Shown here: piece by piece, positions 28,010 to 38,013 of the stretch
Numbering within the stretch: position 1 is the stretch's first letter
Layout: the number at the start of each line of letters is the position of its first letter
Assembly (NCBI GenBank): GCA_044224875.1
Contig: JBGAJQ010000036.1
Location: forward strand, 1 to 52,970
Direction of reading: 5' to 3'
Length of the DNA stretch: 52,970 bases
Source: Gemmatimonadaceae bacterium
Lineage (GTDB): Bacteria; Gemmatimonadota; Gemmatimonadetes; Gemmatimonadales; Gemmatimonadaceae
Translations under genes and position numbers: made by a program
The notes under the pieces: generated by a model
Told to the model about the DNA's origin: nothing
The model's database searches: none
Seen by the model: the letters and a program-made list of their open reading frames with translations, nothing else

Positions 28010-31000
28010 ATGCTGAACGTCTCTACACGTCATCGCGCGGTCCTGGCGGCCGTGACCCTGCTTGTCGGTACCACGAATTCCGCGATGGGGCAGCGTCGCG
28101 GGCAGGGACCGAGCCAGCCGGCGTCCGGCGTCCCGCGCTTCCAGTGGATCGGTCCACAGCCTGCCGGACGCATTTCGGCGGTGGCCGGCGTCGCCGGGGA
28201 TACGTCGACGTACTACATGGGCGCCGCGTCAGGCGGCGTGTGGAAGACCGCCGATGGCGGCCGCAGCTTCGCGCCGGTCTTCGACGACCAGCCGGTGCAG
28301 GCCATTGGCGCGCTGGCCGTCGCCACGTCCAATCCACGCGTTGTGTGGGCGGGTACCGGGGAGGCGTGGGCGATTCGCGATAGCGACCTGCAAGGTGACG
28401 GCGTCTACAAGTCGATCGACGGAGGAACGACGTGGACGAACATGGGACTCCGCGAAACCGGTCGCATCGGCCGCATCGTGATCCATCCGTCGAATCCAGA
28501 CATCGTGTATGTCTGTGCGTTAGGCAGGGCCACCGGGTCGCAGGAAGAGCGCGGCGTCTTTCGCACCACGGACGGCGGCGCCCACTGGTCGCGCGTCCTG
28601 TTCGTGAATCCGGAGACGGGTTGCTCGGGGTTGGCTCTCGATGCTTCCGATCCGAAGATCCTGGTCGCCGGCACGTGGGAGGTGGTGATGCACACGTGGG
28701 CGATGTTCTCGGGTGGCGCCGGGAGCGGTGTCTATGTGTCCAAGGACAGCGGCTCGACGTGGACGCACGTCACGTCGGGCTTGCCCACATCCCCCGCGGG
28801 GAAGATCGACGTGGCGATCGCCCCATCGAATCCGAAGCGCATGTTCGCGCTGATTCAGACGTCCAATCAGGGATCGCTGTGGCGGTCAGACGACGCCGGC
28901 ACCACGTGGAGAGTCGTGAGCTGGGATCGCCGCCTGATTGGCCGCGCGGGTTACTACATCCGAGTGTTGGTGAACCCGCAGAACGACAACGAGGTGCTGG
29001 TCGCCAGCAGTTCGCTCCTTCGCTCCTTTGACGGTGGGGCGACGTTCCCGACGATTGAACGCGGATGCGGCGACTGTCATGACATCTGGATGGACGCCCG
29101 GAATCCGAGCCACTGGGTGCTGACGGGTGACGGGGGCGCGGGGATCACGCGCAACCACGGGCAGAGCTACTTCAACCTCACGCTGCCGATCGGGCAGATG
29201 TACCACGTGGCGATCGACAATCGCGTGCCGTACTGGGTGTACGCCAACCGCCAGGACGACGGGACGATGCGCGGGGCGAACGACTCCCCGATTCCCGTGC
29301 CTAACGTGCCGTCATACAACCGCGGTCCGGTGTTGCCGGCATTCGATGACTTTGGTGGACCTGGCGGAGGTGGTACTCCCTGGCAGCCCGGTCTGGGCGG
29401 TTGCGAGTCCGGGTTCACGATTCCCGTGCCTAACAACCCGGACATCGTCTGGTCCACGTGTTACGGCAGCACGGTGACACGGTTTGACGACCGGATCAAG
29501 CGAGCGCGCCACGTCAGCCCCGGCATCCACACGCTCGATTCGCCGCCGACGGACGTCAAGTACCGGTGTCACTGGACGCCGCCACTGGCCATCGATCCCT
29601 TCGACAACAATGCCGTGTATTTCGGCTGCCAGGTGATCTTCAAGACCGTGAACCAGGGGCAGAGCTGGTCGGTTATCAGCCCCGATCTCTCGACTCGCGA
29701 CTCCAGTCGCATCGTGTCGTCCGGTGGTATCGTCGGCGACAACCTCGGTCAATTCTATGGCGAGGTCGTCTTCGCGATTGCGCCCTCCGAGTTGCAGCGG
29801 GGGCTGATCTGGGCTGGCACCAACGACGGCAAGATCTGGAACACGCGAGACGGCGGCGCGAACTGGAGCGATGTCACGGCGAACATCAGCGGCCTGCGGC
29901 CATGGGGGACGGTGCGACGTATCGAACCCTCCAGGTTCAACGCGGGGACGGCGTACGTCGCCATTGACTACCACCTCATGGATCACCGTCAGCCGTACAT
30001 CTACAAGACGAGCGACTACGGCAAGACATGGTCGAGGATCTCCGATGGCTTGCCTCAAGAGCATCCGCTCGACTACGTCCTGACGGTAGCGGAGAACCCG
30101 AATCGCAAGGGCATGCTGTTCGCTGGCACGGGACACGGGTTCTACTACTCGATGGACGACGGCAATCACTGGACAGCCTACAAGGAGGGGCTGCCGGCAA
30201 GCGCCGTGACCTGGATCGTCGTCTCCAAGCAGGCGCATGACGTGGTGGTATCCACCTATGGACGTGGATTGTACGTCATGCATGACATCACCACGCTCGA
30301 GCAGGGCGACGCCGCGGCCGCCGATGCCCAAGTCCACCTGTACGAACCACGCTCGGGCACGCGCCTGGGCCGGACGGGGAGCGCGGACTTCAATGTGAAG
30401 CTGGCGGCCGCGCCCAAGGACTCGCTGAAGGTGGAGATCATGGACTCCACCGGCGCAGTCGTGCGGACCTTGCGAGCGCCAGGCCGGCAGGGGGTGAATC
30501 GCCTGACGTGGGACCTGCGTTACGACTCTCCTCGTCAGGTTGAACTCAAGACGACCCCGCCCGACAACCCCCACATCTGGGAGGAAGCGCGCTTCAAGGA
30601 TGGCAAGCCTCGCCCGGTGATCCATTGGGGGATCGAGGGCCCGATGCGCGCATCCATCGCTTCCCTCCACGGACCTGGACCTCGCGCTCTCCACACGAGC
30701 GCAGGTACGCATTCGCGACCGGATGAACGAGACCGTGGAGATGATCAACAAGTTGGAGACCATGCGTCGCCAGCTCGAGGACCAGATGAAGGCGGACGGG
30801 ACCACGGATGACGTGAAGCGCGCCCTGACGGCGCTGGACGAAAAAGCCCTGAAGGTTGAACTCTTGATGCTGTCAAAGAGCGACCTGCATTCGGACGACA
30901 AGTGGTACGTGGAGAAGTACAAGATCTACATGAATCTGGTGTGGCTGAACGGCGAGGTGGGCACTGGCGCTGGCGACGTGCAGGGGGGCGCGGAATACCG

Positions 31001-31148
31001 TCCGACGGACGCGTCCATGGCAACGCTCGCCGATATCGAGAAGGACCTCGAAGCGGCGAAGACCGCCTTCAAGCAGCTGATGGACACGGACGTCAAGGCG
31101 TTCAACGAGACCATGGCCGGCAAGGCGAAGGTCATCATGGACTCGTAG
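28010..31148 (+). pseudogene. VPS10/BNR-repeat glycosyl-hydrolase-like protein, frameshifted near 30650 (pseudogene or assembly error)
   Basis: Repeated S/T-x-D-G-G-x-T-W boxes. The frame loses protein-like character after GIEGPMRA, while another frame carries the coiled-coil tail PSLPSTDLDLALSTRAQVRIRDRMNETVEM.. to TAG 31148. Confidence 0.8.
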
Positions 31149-31205
31149 TCGAAACGCAGACAGGAGCGGTCGCGACCATCGCGCCGAGGACCCACCGTCA
31201 GCCGA

Positions 31206-31248
31206 AACGCCCTACCCATCGCTCCGCAGAGCCAACGGGTAGGGCGTT
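31206..31248. terminator. Hairpin between convergent genes (likely bidirectional terminator)
   Basis: AACGCCCTACCC / GGGTAGGGCGTT 12-bp inverted repeat with inner GCTC/GAGC stem. Confidence 0.7.
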
Positions 31249-32312
31249 CAGCGTTGCGGCAACGCGGCGATCAGGGCATCGGTCATGGCTGCCGTCCCAG
31301 CACTCCCGCCCAAGTCGGGCGTACGCACCGTGCCAGCCGAAAGCACGCTGTCGACCGCAGCGGTCAGTCGTTGGCCTTCTTTGCCGTGACCGAGATGCTC
31401 CAGCATCATCGCCGCGGAGAGCACCGCAGCAATGGGATTCGCCACACCGCGCCCGGCGATGTCCGGCGCCGAACCGTGAACCGGCTCAAACATGCTGGGG
31501 AATCGACGCGTGGGATCGATATTCCCGCTCGGGGCCAATCCCAAGCCGCCTACCACCGCGGCACTCAGGTCCGAAAGGATGTCCCCAAACAAGTTGCTGG
31601 CGACCAGCACGTCAAAGTCCCACGGTCGGCGCACCAGGTCCATGGCGGCGGCATCGACAAAGAGTGACGAAGTCGCCACGTCAGGGAACCGCTGCTTCAC
31701 GTCACGGAACACCTCGTCCCAAAGCACCATGGAGTGCACCTGCGCATTCGACTTGGTGATGGACGTCAGGCGCCGTCTCCTGGTCATCGCCAGCTCAAAC
31801 GCCGAGACGATGATGCGTTCGCACCCTCGACGCGTAAACACGTTGGTCTGGAGGGCGACCTCGAGGTTCGAACCGGCGTGCATGCGTCCACCGACATTCG
31901 CATACTCGCCCTCGGTGTTCTCTCGCGCGATGACCAGATCGATGCCGCGCTCGTCCGCTGCGCGCAACGGCGAACGCACGCCGGGCAGGAGTCGCGCTGG
32001 GCGAAGGTTCAAGTACTGCTCAAAAGTCCGGCGGATGGGGAAGATCAGGCCGTTGAGCGTGGCGCTGTCGGGAACACGCGGATCACCGACGGCACCGAGC
32101 AGGATCGCATCGAACCCGCGGAGCTGGTCCAGCGCGTCCGCCGGCATGGTGCGACCATGGGTCAAGTGGTACTCCGTTCCCCACGGCATCGTCTCCCAGG
32201 TGCAACGGACGCCGGAGCGCGTGAGGCAGGCGTCGGTTACCCGCACGGCGGCGTCTGTCACTTCGGGTCCGATACCGTCTCCCGGGATCAGGGCAATGCG
32301 CAGGGTGGTCAT
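31248..32312 (-). CDS. Tartrate/D-malate (isopropylmalate-family) beta-decarboxylating dehydrogenase
   Basis: IPGDGIGPEV, RENTEGEY, TKSNAQ, NLFGDILSDL and FEPVHGSAPDIAG motifs. Confidence 0.92.
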   Translation of the reverse strand: MTTLRIALIPGDGIGPEVTDAAVRVTDACLTRSGVRCTWETMPWGTEYHLTHGRTMPADALDQLRGFDAILLGAVGDPRVPDSATLNGLIFPIRRTFEQYLNLRPARLLPGVRSPLRAADERGIDLVIARENTEGEYANVGGRMHAGSNLEVALQTNVFTRRGCERIIVSAFELAMTRRRRLTSITKSNAQVHSMVLWDEVFRDVKQRFPDVATSSLFVDAAAMDLVRRPWDFDVLVASNLFGDILSDLSAAVVGGLGLAPSGNIDPTRRFPSMFEPVHGSAPDIAGRGVANPIAAVLSAAMMLEHLGHGKEGQRLTAAVDSVLSAGTVRTPDLGGSAGTAAMTDALIAALPQR

Positions 32313-33604
32313 GCGTGGCTTGGCCGAAGTTCGGGTGGACCGACGAAGTCGAGGATTCCCAGCGCCAACACCTGCGCCGCGTGAACCATCTCTGCGATGT
32401 CGCACCACTCGTCCGGTTGATGCGAGAGCTCGAGACGACCGGGCCCGTACGCGATGCATTCGGTAATGCCGCCAATACGCGTCACGTGCTTGTGGTCGTA
32501 GGTTCCCGGGCTGGCCACAATCTCGGCGCGGGTGCCCAGCACCTGCTCGATCGCCGCGCGCATGGACGCGACGAGCGGTGAGTCTGACGGCGTGGCTACG
32601 GGGTGCACGAGGAGCCGCTCGCGGAGTTCGCAGTCGAAGGCGGGAACGCGCCGGCGGACGTCATCCAGGACGTCTGCGATCTCGCGTCGCACGTCGTCCA
32701 CGGACTCTTCCAGGAGGAACCGCCGGTCGAATACCGCGGTACAGCGGTCGGCGACGCACGGCGTCTGCATGGCCTCGTGCGGTTGGCCGCCCCAGAGGCT
32801 GTTCACGTTCAACGTCGCCTGACGAGCCCCAGCGGGGACCACCGGCATGCCGGTGATCCGACGCGCCAGCGACGGCCCTAACGTGGTGCGCAGCTGGTGC
32901 AACACCTCGTCCATGTGGTCGATGGCACTGACGCCGAGGAAGGGCATGCTGCCGTGCGCAATGCGGCCCTTTGTCGTCAGCTCAAACCAATAGACGCCAC
33001 GATGCCCAATGCACACCTGACCCACACCCAGCGGCTCGGGAATGATCACCCGGTCCACCCGGTCTCTCGTCAGGCGGCCGACAGATGCCAGGTGCGCCAC
33101 GCCGGCCCATCCACCGCTCTCCTCGTCCACCGTCCCGCTGAACTCCACCGAGCCGGCAAGGGCAACGCCGGCGCGCCGAATGCCCTCCACGGCAAAGCGC
33201 GCGGCAGCGATTCCTCCCTTCATATCGGACGCGCCACGCCCGTAGAGACGCCCTCCCTCGACGACTCCGCCAAACGGGTCACGCGTCCAACCGTCGCCGA
33301 CAGGTACGACGTCGATGTGACCATTCAGGTGTATGCACGGACGATGTGCACCTCCCTTACGGCCAACCACGTTCACGCGCGGATGTGACGGTGTGTGCTC
33401 GGGCCGGCCCTCCGCCGATACGTACTCCACGTCGAATCCGTCGCGCACCAGCGCGTCCCCCAGCACTTTGGCGCATGGTAGATAACACTCGCCCGGCGGA
33501 TTGACCGTCGGCACGCGAATGAGTTCCTGCGCGAACGCGACCATCTCATCGCGGGTGTCCTCAACGGCTCGCAGGACCGCGTCGCGAACGCTACTATTTT
33601 TCAT
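32309..33604 (-). CDS. M20 ArgE/DapE-family deacylase
   Basis: NGHIDVVP, GRGASDMKGG, DEESGG, IIPEP, AHGSMP and HQPDE motifs. Confidence 0.92.
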   Translation of the reverse strand: MKNSSVRDAVLRAVEDTRDEMVAFAQELIRVPTVNPPGECYLPCAKVLGDALVRDGFDVEYVSAEGRPEHTPSHPRVNVVGRKGGAHRPCIHLNGHIDVVPVGDGWTRDPFGGVVEGGRLYGRGASDMKGGIAAARFAVEGIRRAGVALAGSVEFSGTVDEESGGWAGVAHLASVGRLTRDRVDRVIIPEPLGVGQVCIGHRGVYWFELTTKGRIAHGSMPFLGVSAIDHMDEVLHQLRTTLGPSLARRITGMPVVPAGARQATLNVNSLWGGQPHEAMQTPCVADRCTAVFDRRFLLEESVDDVRREIADVLDDVRRRVPAFDCELRERLLVHPVATPSDSPLVASMRAAIEQVLGTRAEIVASPGTYDHKHVTRIGGITECIAYGPGRLELSHQPDEWCDIAEMVHAAQVLALGILDFVGPPELRPSHA

Positions 33605-33688
33605 GAGCGGGCCGGATGGTCCGGGCACGAGGACGTGTTGCTCGGGGTGCCGTCTCGCTTGACGCTCTTCTCTCCTGCAGGCTGAACC

Positions 33689-34780
33689 ATGATTGCCAGG
33701 TCGATTTCGTCCGTGGGAGGTTGGTGCCTTGCTGTTGCAGCTAGCGCGGCTTGCGCCGCGACGTTGCCCGCACAGGCATCGGCCGTGGCCCCCTTTTCCA
33801 GTCGTGGGTTGACGGCCGTCGCCGGCGTGAAGGTCGGTCACTTCACACTCGCCGAACGGCCGACGGGATGCACCGTGGTAGTTGTTGAGAAAGGTGCAGT
33901 GGGTGGCGTGGATGTGCGAGGTGCCGCGCCAGGCACCCGCGAGACCGACTTGCTCAATCCGGTGAACACGGTATCGGTGGTACACGCGATCGTGCTGGCT
34001 GGCGGGTCCGCCTTCGGACTCGATGCGGCGACGGGCGCCATGCGTTGGCTGGAGGAGCAGGGCATCGGCTTTGACGTCCGCGTCGCGAAAGTACCAATCG
34101 TGCCCGCGGCGATCCTATTCGACTTGGGTGTGGGCGACGCCAAGGTTCGGCCGACTGCCGACTGCGGCTACCGTGCGGCGAAGGCCGCGACGTCCGGCCC
34201 TGTGACCGAGGGCGACGTAGGAGCGGGCGCTGGGGCCACCGTTGGGAAGCTCATGGGCGCAGGACGTGCCATGAAGGCCGGCATCGGTAGCGCGTCGATC
34301 ACACTCGCGGACGGCCTTACCGTTGCCGCCTTGGTCGCCGTGAATGCGGTGGGCGATGTCATCGATCCGTCCACCGGAAAGGTTGTGGCTGGTGTCCGCA
34401 ATGCAGACGGCAAGTCGCTCGCCGATGCGCGGCAGCTGATCCGATCCGGCGCAACCAGACGCAACGCGCGATCGGGCGGTGATGGCGAGAACACTACGAT
34501 CGGCGTGATCGTGACGAACGCTCGACTCACCAAGGCACAGGCGCAAAAGATCGCCCAGATGGCGCACGATGGCTACGCGCGCGCGATCTCGCCGGTTCAC
34601 ACGGCCGGCGACGGGGATACAATTTTTTCGCTGGCAACGGGCGAACGCGCTGAGGAGGCCGACGTCACGACAATTGGCGCATTGGCGGCGGACGTCATGG
34701 CAGAAGCCATCGTTCGAGCCGCTCGGCAGTCCAAGGGCCTCCCCGACTACCCGGCCGCACGTGACCTCTCGAAGCGTTAG
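33689..34780 (+). CDS. P1/S58-family (DmpA/NylC-like) autoproteolytic amidohydrolase, secreted
   Basis: GAAPGTRETD, LAGGSAFGL, GAGAGATVGK, ENTTIG cleavage site and HTAGDGD motifs; signal peptide. Confidence 0.9.
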   Translation: MIARSISSVGGWCLAVAASAACAATLPAQASAVAPFSSRGLTAVAGVKVGHFTLAERPTGCTVVVVEKGAVGGVDVRGAAPGTRETDLLNPVNTVSVVHAIVLAGGSAFGLDAATGAMRWLEEQGIGFDVRVAKVPIVPAAILFDLGVGDAKVRPTADCGYRAAKAATSGPVTEGDVGAGAGATVGKLMGAGRAMKAGIGSASITLADGLTVAALVAVNAVGDVIDPSTGKVVAGVRNADGKSLADARQLIRSGATRRNARSGGDGENTTIGVIVTNARLTKAQAQKIAQMAHDGYARAISPVHTAGDGDTIFSLATGERAEEADVTTIGALAADVMAEAIVRAARQSKGLPDYPAARDLSKR

Positions 34781-34789
34781 GCGTTTCGC

Positions 34790-36202
34790 GTGACTGTGCA
34801 CCTCCCCATCCTGCTGGTGTACTCGCTGTTCCTGGCAGGACTGGGTCTCTGGATCGGTCGCCGGGTGCGCAATTCCGACTCGTTCTTTGTGGCGGGTCGG
34901 TCACTGGGCCCCGGCCTTCTCTTTTCGACGCTCATTGCCGCGAACATCGGTGCGGGGTCAACGGTTGGTGCGGCTGGACTCGGCTATCGCGACGGAATCT
35001 CTGCCTGGTGGTGGGTAGGGGCTGCCGCCGTCGGCTCGTTTGTGCAAGCCATGTGGATTGGACCGCGGATGCGTCAGACGGCGGAAACGCATGGACTGCG
35101 CACCGTGGGCGACTACCTCGAGTTTCGCTATTCCGCCAATGTGCGCACCTTGGCCTCGGCACTGCTTTGGATAGGCACGCTGGCGATCCTGGCCGGACAG
35201 CTCATTGCGGTGTCCACCTTGCTCACGGCGGTCGCCGGCGTGCCAAAGTGGGTCGGGTGCTTGCTAGGGGGCGTGGTGATCACGATCTACTTCACGGCGG
35301 GCGGTTTGCTGTCGAGCGCGTGGGTGAGTGTGGTGCAGGTGACGGTGAAGTTCCTTGGGTTTGCGCTGGCGTTCCCGGCGGCGCTCGCGATGGCGGGTGG
35401 CTGGGCGCGCTTGAGCCAGCAGGCACCGCAGCCTGACTACTGGAACGCCATGGCCGGTGGTGGATCTGGCTGGACCTACCTGTTGCTCCTGGCTCCGGCG
35501 TTTATGGTGTCCCCCGGCTTGTTACAGAAGGTCTTTGGCGCTCGCGACGATCGTGCAGTGCGCGTTGGCGTCGGATTGAACGCCCTGGCCCTGCTGCTGT
35601 TTGCGTCGGTGCCACCCTTGTTAGGCATGATCGCCCGCGTGCTGCACCCTGCGCTCCCCGATCCACAGCTGGCCCTGCCCACCTTGCTGGCAACGGACGT
35701 TCCCGTGGCCATCGGCGCGCTGGGACTGGCGGCGCTGTTTTCAGCCGAAGTGAGTAGCGCGGACGCACTGCTGTTCATGCTGGCGACGTCACTGTCGCAG
35801 GATCTGTACAAGCGAGCGATCAACCCGCGAGCGGATGATCGGCAGGTGCTCCGCGTGGCGCGCATGGCGGCCGTGGCGGGCGGGGTAGGTGGCATCGCGA
35901 TCGCGCTGTTGGCGCAGACGATCGTCGGGGCTCTTTCCTTCTTCTACAGCGTGCTTGGCGTTTGCCTTTTCCTGCCGATTGTTGGAGGACTCTACGTGAG
36001 GGCGTTGGCCACGCGGCACGTGATGGCGGCAATCGGCGCGGGCATCACGACCATGGCCGTGATGCAGGTCGTGGCCGGCACCACCAGGATCGGGTGGAAG
36101 ACCAGCGCAGCCGGCCTGATTGCATCAATCCTCGCGGCGGGACTCTTCCTTTTGGTCTCATCATCTTCGAACACGAATACTGAGAGGGTACCTGAGGCAT
36201 GA
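34790..36202 (+). CDS. Sodium:solute symporter family transporter
   Basis: FFVAGRSL, NIGAGSTVG..G.GY..G, SA.VSSAD motifs; many TM segments. Confidence 0.9.
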   Translation: MTVHLPILLVYSLFLAGLGLWIGRRVRNSDSFFVAGRSLGPGLLFSTLIAANIGAGSTVGAAGLGYRDGISAWWWVGAAAVGSFVQAMWIGPRMRQTAETHGLRTVGDYLEFRYSANVRTLASALLWIGTLAILAGQLIAVSTLLTAVAGVPKWVGCLLGGVVITIYFTAGGLLSSAWVSVVQVTVKFLGFALAFPAALAMAGGWARLSQQAPQPDYWNAMAGGGSGWTYLLLLAPAFMVSPGLLQKVFGARDDRAVRVGVGLNALALLLFASVPPLLGMIARVLHPALPDPQLALPTLLATDVPVAIGALGLAALFSAEVSSADALLFMLATSLSQDLYKRAINPRADDRQVLRVARMAAVAGGVGGIAIALLAQTIVGALSFFYSVLGVCLFLPIVGGLYVRALATRHVMAAIGAGITTMAVMQVVAGTTRIGWKTSAAGLIASILAAGLFLLVSSSSNTNTERVPEA

Positions 36203-36993
36203 ACGACAAGTTTCGACTCGACGACCGCAGTGTCGCGGTAGCGGGCGCCGGTTCTGGAATTGGCGAGGCCGTGGCGCGAGTCTGTGCCGCGCAGGGCGCC
36301 GTGGTGACCTGTCTCGATGTGAACCTCGCGAACGCCGAACGCGTGGCCGAGGCCATACGGGTGGACGGAGGACGGAGTGCCGCCGCCCACCTCGATATCA
36401 CCGATGGCAACGCCACCCAAGGTGCCCTCGAGGACGTCTTGCTTCGGACCGGACGACTGGATGCCGTCGTGTGCACGCCAAGCATCAACGTTCGCAAGAC
36501 CATCCTGCAGTACTCTGAAGAAGAGTTCGAGCGCGTGCTTCGCGTGAACCTGAAGGGGAACTTCAACGTGCTCCGGGCGGCCGGCCAAATCCTTACGGCG
36601 CGTCGCACCGGGAGCATCGTGCTGTTTTCGTCGATCCGGTCTCAAGTGGTGGAACCGGGCCAAGCCGTGTATGCGGCCACCAAGGCTGGAATTGTCCAGA
36701 TGGCGCGCACGGCGGCCGCCGAGTTTGCACCGTATGGCGTGCGCGTGAACGCGGTGGCGCCTGGCGTGGTGGAAACGCCGCTGACGGCACCGATTCGTTC
36801 CGTACCGGATTGGTATGGCGCGTACGCCGCTCGGAATGCGCTCAAGCGCTGGGCCACCGCGGACGAGATGGCGTGGCCAACGGTCTTCCTTCTTTCGGAT
36901 GCTGCCAGTTATGTAACAGGGTCGGTGTTGGTAGTAGATGGGGGTTGGTTGGCGGTGGACGGGCGCTACCAACCGCCCGGCATGGGAGAGTAG
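36199..36993 (+). CDS. SDR-family NAD(P)-dependent oxidoreductase
   Basis: AGAGSGIG, YAATK, VRVNAVAPG and VDGG motifs; ATGA overlap with the symporter. Confidence 0.93.
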   Translation: MNDKFRLDDRSVAVAGAGSGIGEAVARVCAAQGAVVTCLDVNLANAERVAEAIRVDGGRSAAAHLDITDGNATQGALEDVLLRTGRLDAVVCTPSINVRKTILQYSEEEFERVLRVNLKGNFNVLRAAGQILTARRTGSIVLFSSIRSQVVEPGQAVYAATKAGIVQMARTAAAEFAPYGVRVNAVAPGVVETPLTAPIRSVPDWYGAYAARNALKRWATADEMAWPTVFLLSDAASYVTGSVLVVDGGWLAVDGRYQPPGMGE

Positions 36994-37151
36994 CGTTCGA
37001 TGCCTAACGGCTAAGGCTTGGTTCGTCACCCGTTGGTTCGAGTAACCTGACCGTGCGCATCGTGAATGCCCGCGGTACGGAGAAACACCGTGAGTGACGA
37101 GGTCAGGGACCAGCTGGTCAGCAGTCTCACCGCGAGCAGGAGCGAGGGGAA

Positions 37152-37529
37152 ATGATCGCCGAGTCGACCGGGCGCGAACCGGGGCCCGAGGTTGTGCCGC
37201 AGGCTGCCGAGCCCACCTTGGCGGACTTGATGGGGCGGTTGGCCCGCCGCGTTTCCTTCAATGCGGCCATGGCGGTCAGCGCGGCCTGCGTCGTACTTCT
37301 GGCTCTGGTTCTTGCCTTCTGGCCGGGACACTGGCGACTGGCGTTGCTGCTGGCGGCCATGACCTGCGCCGGCGGCTGGACGATGGCGGAGCACGAGGGC
37401 AGGGACGCCTTGCGCGCATCAACGCCTTGGCGTGCCATCCAATCCATCACGGCGATCCTTGGCGTGGTGAGCATCTTTGCGTTCTTGCTGGCCGCTCTTT
37501 CATCGGCACTCGGACTATGGATTTCTTGA
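37152..37529 (+). CDS. Hypothetical membrane protein
   Basis: Three hydrophobic segments; GAGGGG upstream. Confidence 0.6.
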   Translation: MIAESTGREPGPEVVPQAAEPTLADLMGRLARRVSFNAAMAVSAACVVLLALVLAFWPGHWRLALLLAAMTCAGGWTMAEHEGRDALRASTPWRAIQSITAILGVVSIFAFLLAALSSALGLWIS

Positions 37530-37551
37530 ACGGAACTCGGGTGAACTCACC

Positions 37552-37839
37552 GTGACGGAATCGTTCGAGGTCATCGACAACCCCGAAGCGTCGCAGTTTG
37601 AGGTGACGGTCGACGGGAACCTCGCCGTGGCGCAGTACCGCCTTCGCGACCACGTCATCACACTGACGCATATCGAAGTGCCGCCCGCACTGAGTGGCCG
37701 TGGGGTCGCGTCCGTGCTGTCGCGCGCCGCGCTCGACCAGGCCCGTGCCAGGGGACTTCGCGTCGTGCCACACTGCCCGTTTGTGGCGCGCTACATCGAG
37801 CGTCATCCGGAATACTCCGACCTGGTGCGGGAGCCGTAG
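37552..37839 (+). CDS. Small GNAT-like acetyltransferase (YjdJ type)
   Basis: THIEVPPALSGRGVA and VVPHCPFV..YI.RHPEY motifs. Confidence 0.88.
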   Translation: MTESFEVIDNPEASQFEVTVDGNLAVAQYRLRDHVITLTHIEVPPALSGRGVASVLSRAALDQARARGLRVVPHCPFVARYIERHPEYSDLVREP

Positions 37840-38013
37840 CTCAGGCCGCCATGTGCGAAAGTGGGACGGTTGGTCCCACACGCGAGGCGAATCACAAAGA
37901 ACTACGCTGGTCGATGATTGCGTTAAATCATTAGCCGGTAATGACTTGTTGTGCGCCGCACTGCGCGGCACGTTTGTTCCCCATCGGATGTCGACCTTCA
38001 TCAGGACAAACGG

